A stretch of 52,936 nt of DNA, taken from a virus. Lineage: Duplodnaviria > Caudoviricetes. Shown one piece after another: positions 28,586 through 36,927 of this stretch. The notes under the pieces were generated by a model that had not been told where the DNA came from, did not search any database, and saw nothing but the letters and a program-made list of their open reading frames with translations. Numbering within the stretch: position 1 is the stretch's first letter; each line of letters opens with the position of its first letter. A program made the position numbers and the translations under genes. Location: the IMG/VR virus record IMGVR_UViG_3300032213_002156, positions 1-52,936 of that record; one strand, 5' to 3'.

Positions 28586-30615
28586 TACCAGAACCCTCCT
28601 TTGAGTAGATCACCATTGGCATACTGTTTTAAACTGAACTGCTGGCTTTGTTGCTTGCGACTCTGAACCGGCAACAGTGATATGCTTATGTTCATCTTTG
28701 TTGGCACATAGGTTGGACTGTTTTGACCAAATGATGCTGGTGCAGGAGGTTTGTTCATTCCGCCCTTGGGTAATCCAGCATTGGCCAAACGGTTGATTGC
28801 TCCACCTAGCACATTGCCCAGTATGCCACCACCCCAGGTTGTGCCTGGCCCAGTGGGGTTGGTACTTTGACGTTTGTTAAGCATGTTGCTGTTGTTGACG
28901 TTTTGACTGCGAGCACGTATATAGTCCACATCCGCAGGCAGATCGTATGTGAATGACTGTACCACGCAAGGATGTTCGTTGTATTGGAATTCGCCAAGAC
29001 CGGTTAGGTACACCAAGGGCGGTGGCGTTCCACGTTCAGCATCTTGTCCGTAAAACATTTTAGTTACACTTTTAAAGAAGTGTATCACTGCCAGCAAGTA
29101 CTCGGCCTCAGATGTGCTTTGTGCGGTAAACGGACAACTCAATGTGACAGGATCAACTGCACTGCTCTGATAGTAGTAGCCTTTGTAGTTGGAGTGTGTT
29201 AGATCATAGCTTGAGTAATTGGCTTTGTAGGAAGTGGCAATAGTAGGTGTATAGGGAAATATAATTCCTGTGCCTTTTAAAGGATTTAATATTCCAGGCT
29301 CTGGTGCATTGTACAAATAGTTAGCACCGGGTGCCAGTCTCAGTTTAACACGCCAATCGCCGTTGTTGGGATTTCTACGCTGGTTGGCAATGGTGTTCTG
29401 TGCTCGTGCCTTGTCCAGTGTGCCTTGCTTGATGGCTGCATTGAGATTGGTGCGCTCTTCTTCTTCATCAGGATTGGCGGCAAAATCTGGGGAAGGCGGA
29501 AATGCAACTGGATCACTGTCGCCAACATTTAGATTTTCTTCACGTGCCAGTTCGTCACGATTGGCCTGTTGCTCAAGTTCAAGCCGACGTTGTTCAAACG
29601 GATCATCGGCGGCTGCTTGTTCGTCCGGTGTTAACACAATCTCGTTAGGTGGCACATCGGCCGCTTGTTCTGCTTCAAATCTTGCTTGCTCAAACGGATC
29701 TGAGTTGGGATCAACATTGGCAGGATCAAACACTGATTCCCCAACTTCAGCAGGTTGCGGAGTGCTTACGCTTTCATTGTTATCAACTGCGCCCGGAGCT
29801 GTTTGAACATTGGAGGCGCCAACTGCGACTCCTAGGCTCGTTTCAGTTTGTCGATTTATAACAGGATCTGACCCGCCGGGAGATGCTACAGCAGTATCTG
29901 CTGAGGTAGTTCCTGAGGTGGTTGTGGTGGTTGTGGTTGTGGTGTTGGGTACTGTGGTAACTGTGGGTGTGCCGGGTGTTTTAGCATTATTTTGTTCAGT
30001 TCTAAGTGCGGCACGTTCGTCAGTAAGCTGTTTGAATTTGGCGTCCTGGGCGGCTTGTTCCGCATCTGACAATGGCGGTAACCCTCGTTTTTCTCTGAAA
30101 CCGGGACTGGGATTGTCTTTGACAAATTGGTTAATTTCAGCTTGTTTTGCAGCAATTTTTGGTTGTATTGCCTCACTGGCTGCATTGGGAGTTCCGAGGC
30201 CAGAAGTAATTGTAGTGGACCCGCCGCCGCTCACAGTTTCTGTACTAGTAGTGGTGTAGTTGACCGGGGTTACTTTGCTTGGTGAATTTTTGGCGTCTAC
30301 CTGATAATCAACTTTTTCAAAGTTTGATGGTGACGTCAGTCCTCTGTCAAACCTAGCATTTTCTGCCTGGTCGGCTGCGCTTACTACATCATAATCACGT
30401 CCGGCAACTTTTGCGGATCCTTGTACGTCAGCGCCCATGGTACCCGGGTTTGGATTTTTTGTTCCGTCGGCATTATATTTTCCACTGATTACATAATTTC
30501 CGTCGCCTAACGGTATTCCTGCCTGAGCGGCGGCGGCTTCTTCACTTAATCCGCCCTGACGTAGTTGATTAAAGGTCGCTGCTTTTTTTGGATCGTAACC
30601 TGGGGTAGTAGCCAT
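28585..30615 (-). CDS. Tail tube initiator/cap-like protein (gp48/gp54-like C-terminal domain) with a long low-complexity N-terminus (676 aa)
   Basis: C-terminal 'IIFPYTPTI...HSNY...CPFTAQ...AVIHFFKSVTKMFYG...PPPLVYL...PCVVQSFTYDLP...YVPT' tube-fold motif; immediately upstream of the gp53-like gene. Confidence 0.62.
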   Translation of the reverse strand: MATTPGYDPKKAATFNQLRQGGLSEEAAAAQAGIPLGDGNYVISGKYNADGTKNPNPGTMGADVQGSAKVAGRDYDVVSAADQAENARFDRGLTSPSNFEKVDYQVDAKNSPSKVTPVNYTTTSTETVSGGGSTTITSGLGTPNAASEAIQPKIAAKQAEINQFVKDNPSPGFREKRGLPPLSDAEQAAQDAKFKQLTDERAALRTEQNNAKTPGTPTVTTVPNTTTTTTTTTSGTTSADTAVASPGGSDPVINRQTETSLGVAVGASNVQTAPGAVDNNESVSTPQPAEVGESVFDPANVDPNSDPFEQARFEAEQAADVPPNEIVLTPDEQAAADDPFEQRRLELEQQANRDELAREENLNVGDSDPVAFPPSPDFAANPDEEEERTNLNAAIKQGTLDKARAQNTIANQRRNPNNGDWRVKLRLAPGANYLYNAPEPGILNPLKGTGIIFPYTPTIATSYKANYSSYDLTHSNYKGYYYQSSAVDPVTLSCPFTAQSTSEAEYLLAVIHFFKSVTKMFYGQDAERGTPPPLVYLTGLGEFQYNEHPCVVQSFTYDLPADVDYIRARSQNVNNSNMLNKRQSTNPTGPGTTWGGGILGNVLGGAINRLANAGLPKGGMNKPPAPASFGQNSPTYVPTKMNISISLLPVQSRKQQSQQFSLKQYANGDLLKGGFW

Positions 30616-30632
30616 ATGATTTTCCTATACGA

Positions 30633-30652
30633 TATTTATCGCGAAAATAAAC
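30633..30652 (-). promoter_or_regulatory. Extended late promoter GTTTATTTTCGCGATAAATA (copy 2) heading the baseplate operon
   Basis: ATAAATA core followed by an AGGA SD and ATG 30615; 19/20 identical to 21740-21759. Confidence 0.65.
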
Positions 30653-30673
30653 TGGCTATATAATGATTCCAGG

Positions 30674-30706
30674 TTGACAACGCAGTAAAAAGTGTTATAA
30701 TAAATA
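30674..30706 (+). promoter_or_regulatory. Consensus sigma70 promoter (TTGACA-N16-TATAAT, TGn-extended) overlapped by a TAAATA late core, upstream of gp55
   Basis: TTGACA 30674-30679, TG 30693-30694, TATAAT 30696-30701, TAAATA 30701-30706, SD GAGGAG 30713-30718, GTG 30728. Confidence 0.8.
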
Positions 30707-30727
30707 CATTACGAGGAGACACTGCCT

Positions 30728-31720
30728 GTGGCAACATCTAAACGAGCGGCATCCACACTGGATCCGTTAAAATCAATATCATCAACCCCGACTGCACCAA
30801 AAGTAAATTATCTCAACAACAGAGACATTCTCAAAGAGATACACGCTAGTAAAAATACGTACTGCTACTATAGAGATCCTGCCATTGACAGCCAATACGA
30901 CATTATTTTGCCCAGTTTGGACAAGATTAACCAGCGTACCATAGCAGAAGCAAGACGTAATCGTGCTGACCGACTCAAGCGTGAAGGCACCATTGTGGAC
31001 CCTGTAAAGATTCCCAATACAGACCTGGTATTCCGTATCAGTTGTTGGGATCATATCCCAATGGCCGAGAAAAAGATTCCAAAATCCGCACAAAAGAAGA
31101 AACAGAAGATTGAAGACCTGTTGGAGTTTGAAGACGAACCCGTTGATGATTCCTTGGACGAGTTACTGGATGATGTGGTGCTAAACCCTGTGCGTCAGCG
31201 ACTGAACTTTCCTCCGTTTGAACACTGGCGACTAGATGAAAACAAAGAACGGTTCCGTGTGGGCCGTAGTCACTGGCGGGGTGATTTGGAAACTGGTTAC
31301 TTCAGCAAAGACCACGGCGACATGACACGTAAACTGGCACACATGTTTATGAAACTGTGCGAACGCTATGCTACACGAAGCAACTGGCGCGGCTACACCT
31401 ACAATGAAGAAATGCGTGGGCAGGCCTTGTTACAGTTGAGTCAGATTGGATTGCAATTTGATGAATCAAAATCACAAAACCCGTTTGCCTACTACACTGC
31501 GGCCATCACCAACAGTTTTACTCGCATCCTTAATTTAGAAAAGAAAAGTCAAAACATTCGCGATGACATCCTAGAAATCAACGGACTAAGCCCATCGTGG
31601 ACCCGTCAAAATGCTTCCAAGCCCAGCATGGCCGCACTGAGTGGCCCTGTTACCATTACTACTTACATTGTGGACAAGCCTGTGGCAGAGTCCGAATCCG
31701 ACCGAGCAGGCACCGTTTAA
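30728..31720 (+). CDS. gp55: Late-transcription sigma factor, gp55-like (330 aa)
   Basis: 'NYLNNRDILKEI' and 'NWRGYTYNEEMRGQA...FDESKSQNPFAYYTAAITNSFTRILNLEKK' match T4 gp55 motifs. The canonical 55-47-46 gene order is present. Confidence 0.88.
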   Translation: MATSKRAASTLDPLKSISSTPTAPKVNYLNNRDILKEIHASKNTYCYYRDPAIDSQYDIILPSLDKINQRTIAEARRNRADRLKREGTIVDPVKIPNTDLVFRISCWDHIPMAEKKIPKSAQKKKQKIEDLLEFEDEPVDDSLDELLDDVVLNPVRQRLNFPPFEHWRLDENKERFRVGRSHWRGDLETGYFSKDHGDMTRKLAHMFMKLCERYATRSNWRGYTYNEEMRGQALLQLSQIGLQFDESKSQNPFAYYTAAITNSFTRILNLEKKSQNIRDDILEINGLSPSWTRQNASKPSMAALSGPVTITTYIVDKPVAESESDRAGTV

Positions 31721-31735
31721 GTCTTGCCAGACCGG

Positions 31736-31764
31736 TTGTTTCTCAGCAACATAGGTAGTACAAT
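31736..31764 (+). promoter_or_regulatory. Possible sigma70-type promoter for gp47
   Basis: TTGTTT-N17-TACAAT in the gp55-gp47 intergenic region. Confidence 0.4.
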
Positions 31765-31790
31765 AATATTTGGTATTACCTTATATAACT

Positions 31791-32807
31791 ATGTCCAATC
31801 TATTTAAAAAAGCCGCAATCTTTACTGACATTCACTTTGGACTCAAGTCAAACAGCACGTTACACAACGAAGACTGTTTGTCTTTTGTCAAATGGGCCAC
31901 TGCCAAGGCCCGGGCTGAAGGTTGCGAAACCTGTTTGTTCTTAGGCGATTGGCACAACAATCGGTCAAGTCTGAACATTGTTACATTAAACTACAGTCTA
32001 CAAGCACTGGAGCACCTCAATGATAATTTTTCAAGTGTTTATTTTATTCCTGGTAACCATGATTTGTATTACCGCGACAAGCGAGACATACAGAGTGTGG
32101 AATGGGCAAAGCATCTCCCAAATATTGAAATATGTAATGATTGGGTCAGTGTCGGTGATGTGGTTATTGCTCCTTGGCTTTGTGGTGACGATCATAAAAG
32201 GATTCCTAAATTAAGTGGCAAGTACATGTTTGGGCACTTTGAGTTGCCCGGATACATGATGAATGCCATGGTGGAAATGCCAGACCACGGAGAAATACGC
32301 AGAGAAGACTTTAATAATTTTGAGCATGTGTTTACCGGGCACTTTCACAAGCGGCAGACTAAAAAGAATATTACATACATCGGCAACTGTTTTCCGCATA
32401 ACTATGCTGATGCCGGGGACGACGAACGAGGAATGACTATATTAGAGTGGGGACAGGATCCTGTGTATCACGCTTGGCCTGCACAACCACGATATCGTGT
32501 GCTAGGACTTAGTAATGTCATTGACAATGCGCCCACCCTGCTTGGCAAAGATATGCATGTTCGTGTACAATTAGATATCGAAATCAGTTACGAGGAAGCC
32601 AATTTCATCAAGGAAACTTATATCAAAGACTACGGGCTAAGAGAAATGGCTCTTATCCCAAATAAAAATTCCGGAGTTGACACAGACATGGCACCCGGAG
32701 AAGTAAAATTTGAATCAGTTGATCAAATTGTTACAGATCAACTCACTAACATTGAATCCGAATTTTACGATCCAAAACTATTGCTAAAGATATACCAAAC
32801 ATTGTGA
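31791..32807 (+). CDS. gp47: Recombination endonuclease subunit gp47 (Mre11/SbcD-like)
   Basis: Metallophosphoesterase motifs DIHFG, GDWH, GNHD, GHFE, GHFH. ATG 31791 is preferred over TTG 31770. Confidence 0.92.
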   Translation: MSNLFKKAAIFTDIHFGLKSNSTLHNEDCLSFVKWATAKARAEGCETCLFLGDWHNNRSSLNIVTLNYSLQALEHLNDNFSSVYFIPGNHDLYYRDKRDIQSVEWAKHLPNIEICNDWVSVGDVVIAPWLCGDDHKRIPKLSGKYMFGHFELPGYMMNAMVEMPDHGEIRREDFNNFEHVFTGHFHKRQTKKNITYIGNCFPHNYADAGDDERGMTILEWGQDPVYHAWPAQPRYRVLGLSNVIDNAPTLLGKDMHVRVQLDIEISYEEANFIKETYIKDYGLREMALIPNKNSGVDTDMAPGEVKFESVDQIVTDQLTNIESEFYDPKLLLKIYQTL

Positions 32808-33508
32808 GCATACTCAATAACTTTGTTGTTCGAAACAGAATTAATTTAACCTTTGAATCTAGTGGGCTAGATACACTAGGGCAATGTCTTGATCGCAAAT
32901 ATTTTTTAAATTATCCATACGCAGTGAATTACAGATTCAATAGCAGAGGATTTAGAGACGACGAGTGGCCCGATGATTTAATTAACCATGTGTGGGCACT
33001 AGGAGACAGTTTTACTGTAGGGGTCGGTGCGCCTGTTGAGCATAATTGGTGTAATGTACTATCTAAGAATCTTAATTATAGAGTTCTAAATTGTAGTATG
33101 GAGGGTGCTAGTAATGATTGGATTGCTCAACGAACAGTAGAACTACTCAAGGAACTACCACTATCGAACATAATAATTCAATGGACTTACCTGCATCGAC
33201 GTGAAGTCAATGGCAATCAAGTACATTTTGACAAATCAAGTTTACATATCGATGACGTTGACAATCTAGTCAATAATATACAATTAGTCGAGTCGGTAAA
33301 GAATAAAACAAATGTTATTCACAGTACAATTCCTTATAGAAACATTGGTAATCCAAATATAATATATCAGTTACTGGTTAAAAGAATTGGCTTTCCAGTT
33401 ATTTTTATTCCGCCGGTGACACAAATAGACTTTGCTAGAGATTATCATCACTACGATTTGCTAACTAGTGCAGAGTATGCAAAACAATATGAACTATGTC
33501 TAACATAG
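32804..33508 (+). CDS. SGNH/GDSL-hydrolase-like protein (234 aa)
   Basis: 'NSRGFRD..W', 'ALGDSFTVGVG' (block I), 'GASND' and a C-terminal 'DYHH' (DxxH). AT-rich; GTGA overlap with gp47. Confidence 0.65.
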   Translation: MSILNNFVVRNRINLTFESSGLDTLGQCLDRKYFLNYPYAVNYRFNSRGFRDDEWPDDLINHVWALGDSFTVGVGAPVEHNWCNVLSKNLNYRVLNCSMEGASNDWIAQRTVELLKELPLSNIIIQWTYLHRREVNGNQVHFDKSSLHIDDVDNLVNNIQLVESVKNKTNVIHSTIPYRNIGNPNIIYQLLVKRIGFPVIFIPPVTQIDFARDYHHYDLLTSAEYAKQYELCLT

Positions 33509-34377
33509 TACTAATCAGTTATCCCTCTGGCGGGTTTGGTAATTTTTTGTTTCATGCATTAACAGAATATGCTGATTCAACATATAAGCCAGATAATTCA
33601 GAATTTAATTTTAGCAAAACGGGCAATAGCCATACCACAACAAAGTACACCAATGTTTATTTTAAAGATCCAACTGACTATGTGTTAGTTGTTCCAGATC
33701 AAAGTAAAAAAACTCTTGTGCTGTGTGACAATGGTATTAATAATGATTCATATACAAAAATCAATCAAGTGTTTGACAATGCTAAAATTGTGCGAACTGT
33801 GATTGATACCGATATTCGTCCTGTGATATACCAAACATGCATAGTTAAAGCAAAAGAATCAGATTTAGTTACCGAAACTCAAGATCAAGTTTTAAACAAC
33901 TGGATTGACTGCAATGAAGATTATGCAATTCGAGAAAATTTTACATTGTTTTATCATAACTGGAATTTTGGATGGGAACCAGTTGCAGATTATAATGTTT
34001 TAAATGTAAGTTTGGAACAGCTAATCACTGATCCGGTAGCATGTTTAACTAGGTTAATTGAACAGCTAGGGTGTCGGGTTGTTAAGAATGATATGTTAGA
34101 ACAGTTTTGCCATCAATGGCAAGCAAGCAATCAACAATATTTTGATGTTTATTGGCACTGGAAAAGAATCAATTCCGCACTTGACAATAATATAAATTTA
34201 AACATTAACAATATTACCAGTCTACACGATCAAGGTTACATTAACTATTGCATCGAGAGGAAGTTTAATGTTATAATACCCGTATACGACTACAGATATT
34301 GGTTTAGTGATACCAATCAAATTTTACAAATGGTTAGTCAAATAATACATGATACAAATAAAAAATCTAACAGTTAA
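33496..34377 (+). CDS. Sulfotransferase-like P-loop protein (293 aa)
   Basis: N-terminal 'LISYPSGGFGNFL' resembles a degenerate 5'-PSB loop, and 'VSLEQLITDP' resembles the YEDL..DP motif. AT-rich insertion between gp47 and gp46. Confidence 0.45.
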   Translation: MSNIVLISYPSGGFGNFLFHALTEYADSTYKPDNSEFNFSKTGNSHTTTKYTNVYFKDPTDYVLVVPDQSKKTLVLCDNGINNDSYTKINQVFDNAKIVRTVIDTDIRPVIYQTCIVKAKESDLVTETQDQVLNNWIDCNEDYAIRENFTLFYHNWNFGWEPVADYNVLNVSLEQLITDPVACLTRLIEQLGCRVVKNDMLEQFCHQWQASNQQYFDVYWHWKRINSALDNNINLNINNITSLHDQGYINYCIERKFNVIIPVYDYRYWFSDTNQILQMVSQIIHDTNKKSNS

Positions 34378-36430
34378 AAACTTTATGAGTGTCGGCAATG
34401 CTACACAAGGCATTGACTTTGACCGCAATGATCTAACACTTGTGTTAGGCGAGAACTTAGACTTAGGCGGCGACGGAAGTCGTAACGGTACGGGCAAGAC
34501 CACAATCATCAATGCATTAAGTTACGCATTGTATGGGCAGGCGTTAAGCAACATTCGCAAGGACAACCTTGTAAACAAGACCAACGGCAAGAACATGTTG
34601 GTTAGTCTGGACTTTGTTGTAAACGGTCAAGAATATCGAATTGAGCGTGGGCGCAAGCCCAATGTGTTACGTTTTTACGTTAACAATGAAGCACAAGTAT
34701 CAACGGACGAAGCGCAAGGCGACAGTCGCGAAACACAAGATGCCATCGAACGTATTATGAATATGAGCCACGACATGTTTAAACATGTACTGGCTCTAAA
34801 CACTTACACAGAACCGTTTTTAAGTTTAAAGGCCAATGACCAACGCAACATCATCGAGCAGTTGTTAGGTATTACCTTGTTGTCAGAACGAGCAGATGCT
34901 ATTAAAGAACTTAATCGTCAGACTAAAGATGGTATCAGTCAAGAAGAATTTCGTATCCGTGCAGTGCAAGAAGCTAACAAACGTATCGAAGAGCAAATTG
35001 AAAGCCTGCGTCGCAGACAAGTGCTTTGGCAAAAGAAATACGACAGTGATTTAGCCTATCTAGTTGGACAATATGATGATCTAGCAAAGATTGACATCGA
35101 AGTAGAACTGCTGGCTCACAAAGATCTAGCCGTGTGGATCACACGAAAACAACAGCAAGACGCCTATACCGCACTGGGTAGTCGTCAAACTGCTTGGAAA
35201 CAAAAACAAGACAAAGACATAGATGAGCTACAATCAATCTACAACAAACTTAGCCATATCGATATTGCAGTAGAACTACAAGCACACACAGACTTGGCCA
35301 CCTACATACAAAAAGCCAAAGACATTGCTGAGTTTGAAAAGCTCATTGCTAGGTGTGTAACAGACGAAGCAAAAGAACAGAAAACAATCGATAAACTCCA
35401 AGCCGAAATTGAAGAATTAAAAAATCACAAGTGTTATGCCTGTGGTCAAGACTTCCACGATGCCAATCATGAAACGGTATTAGCAACAAAAAAGAAAGCA
35501 TTACAAGAAGCCGCACTGCAAGCCTTGAGTACCAATGGACAATGGTTGGAAAATATCGATGCATTAAAAGAGTTAGGTGAGTTGGGTACTAAACCCACAA
35601 CACATTATCGAACAGAAACAGAAGCAATTCGACATTCAAGTGAACTAGAAAATATTCAGCACAAGATTGATGCTAAACGTGCAGAAACAGATCCATATGC
35701 TGAACAACTAGCAGAACACACACTTGTAGAAGTTGGTGTACAACCTATTACACACTACGATACAGAAGCTCAAGCAGTTGACCATCGCAGTCGCATGAAC
35801 ACCCTGGTGACACAGATTGCTACCAAAGGTGAAGAGAAGGATCCATACACAGAACAAATTACTGAAATGCAACAACAGGCATTGCAGACTGTGAGCTACG
35901 ATACGCTCAACGATCTCACACGCTTACAAGAACACCAAGACTTCTTGCTCAAACTACTAACAAGTAAAGATAGTTTTGTTCGTAAAAAGATCATTGATCA
36001 GAACTTGAGTTACTTAAACGCACGTCTTACACACTACCTAGATCGCATTGGATTGCCACACACTGTTAAGTTTCAGAATGATTTAACTGTGAGCATTGAA
36101 GAACTAGGACGTGAGCTAGACTTTGATAACTTATCACGTGGAGAGCGTAACCGACTAATACTATCAATGAGCTGGGCATTCCGAGATGTTTGGGAAAGTT
36201 TATACTCGCCAATCAACTTGTTATTCATTGATGAACTCATAGACAACGGATTGGACACGCAGGGGGTGGAGAACGCCCTGGCATTGCTGAAGAAAATGAG
36301 TAGAGAACGACACAAGAGTATTTGGCTTGTGTCGCATAGAGACGAACTAGCAGGGCGTGTAGAAAACATCTTAAAGGTTATCAAAGAAAACGGCTTTACA
36401 AGTTACAATACAGATATTGAAATTGCTTAA
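34349..36430 (+). CDS. gp46: Recombination ATPase subunit gp46 (Rad50/SbcC-like, 693 aa)
   Basis: 'KNFMSVG', Walker A 'NGTGKTT', zinc hook 'CYACGQ', signature 'LSRGE', Walker B 'LLFIDE', 'VSH'. Confidence 0.93.
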   Translation: MIQIKNLTVKNFMSVGNATQGIDFDRNDLTLVLGENLDLGGDGSRNGTGKTTIINALSYALYGQALSNIRKDNLVNKTNGKNMLVSLDFVVNGQEYRIERGRKPNVLRFYVNNEAQVSTDEAQGDSRETQDAIERIMNMSHDMFKHVLALNTYTEPFLSLKANDQRNIIEQLLGITLLSERADAIKELNRQTKDGISQEEFRIRAVQEANKRIEEQIESLRRRQVLWQKKYDSDLAYLVGQYDDLAKIDIEVELLAHKDLAVWITRKQQQDAYTALGSRQTAWKQKQDKDIDELQSIYNKLSHIDIAVELQAHTDLATYIQKAKDIAEFEKLIARCVTDEAKEQKTIDKLQAEIEELKNHKCYACGQDFHDANHETVLATKKKALQEAALQALSTNGQWLENIDALKELGELGTKPTTHYRTETEAIRHSSELENIQHKIDAKRAETDPYAEQLAEHTLVEVGVQPITHYDTEAQAVDHRSRMNTLVTQIATKGEEKDPYTEQITEMQQQALQTVSYDTLNDLTRLQEHQDFLLKLLTSKDSFVRKKIIDQNLSYLNARLTHYLDRIGLPHTVKFQNDLTVSIEELGRELDFDNLSRGERNRLILSMSWAFRDVWESLYSPINLLFIDELIDNGLDTQGVENALALLKKMSRERHKSIWLVSHRDELAGRVENILKVIKENGFTSYNTDIEIA

Positions 36431-36927
36431 AATCCAAAATATTGTTTAACTTCAATTAATGTTTTTCTAGTGGTATGTTGTCCGTGCATTGTGTCATTGG
36501 ACACGTTGAACATTTTTTTAATCCAGTTATTAACTGGTGCCGCAAACTCTAGTTCCAAATATCCGTTATGACCAAGATACAAACTACTGCTCGGTGGCGG
36601 ATCAGTATCCCATGGTGCTAGATATGCAGTTTGTTTAAAACTATGTATGTGATGTTTAAGATCCACATCATTGATATAACAACGTTTTAATTCAAAGTAC
36701 TTGTCTGGACTTTGATCTGTGATGTAATTTTTTCCATAATGTTCAATTTGCAATCGATTTGTATCTTTGGGATCGAACTCTAATACACATTCCCAATTTG
36801 TACTATCGGCCTGGAATCGCGATACAATCTCATGATTGATCTTGATCAATATAAACGGCCAAGTATTATTGTACTGTGATTGGTATTCGAAGGCCAGTTT
36901 TATAACGGCCTTGTTGTAGTTTTTCAT
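36427..36927 (-). CDS. Hypothetical protein co-oriented with the B12 radical SAM gene (~166 aa)
   Basis: ORF track gives 36427..36981; ATG 36927 gives less overlap. Beta-rich, with a 'YLGHNGYLELEF' motif. Start is uncertain. Confidence 0.55.
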   Translation of the reverse strand: MKNYNKAVIKLAFEYQSQYNNTWPFILIKINHEIVSRFQADSTNWECVLEFDPKDTNRLQIEHYGKNYITDQSPDKYFELKRCYINDVDLKHHIHSFKQTAYLAPWDTDPPPSSSLYLGHNGYLELEFAAPVNNWIKKMFNVSNDTMHGQHTTRKTLIEVKQYFGF

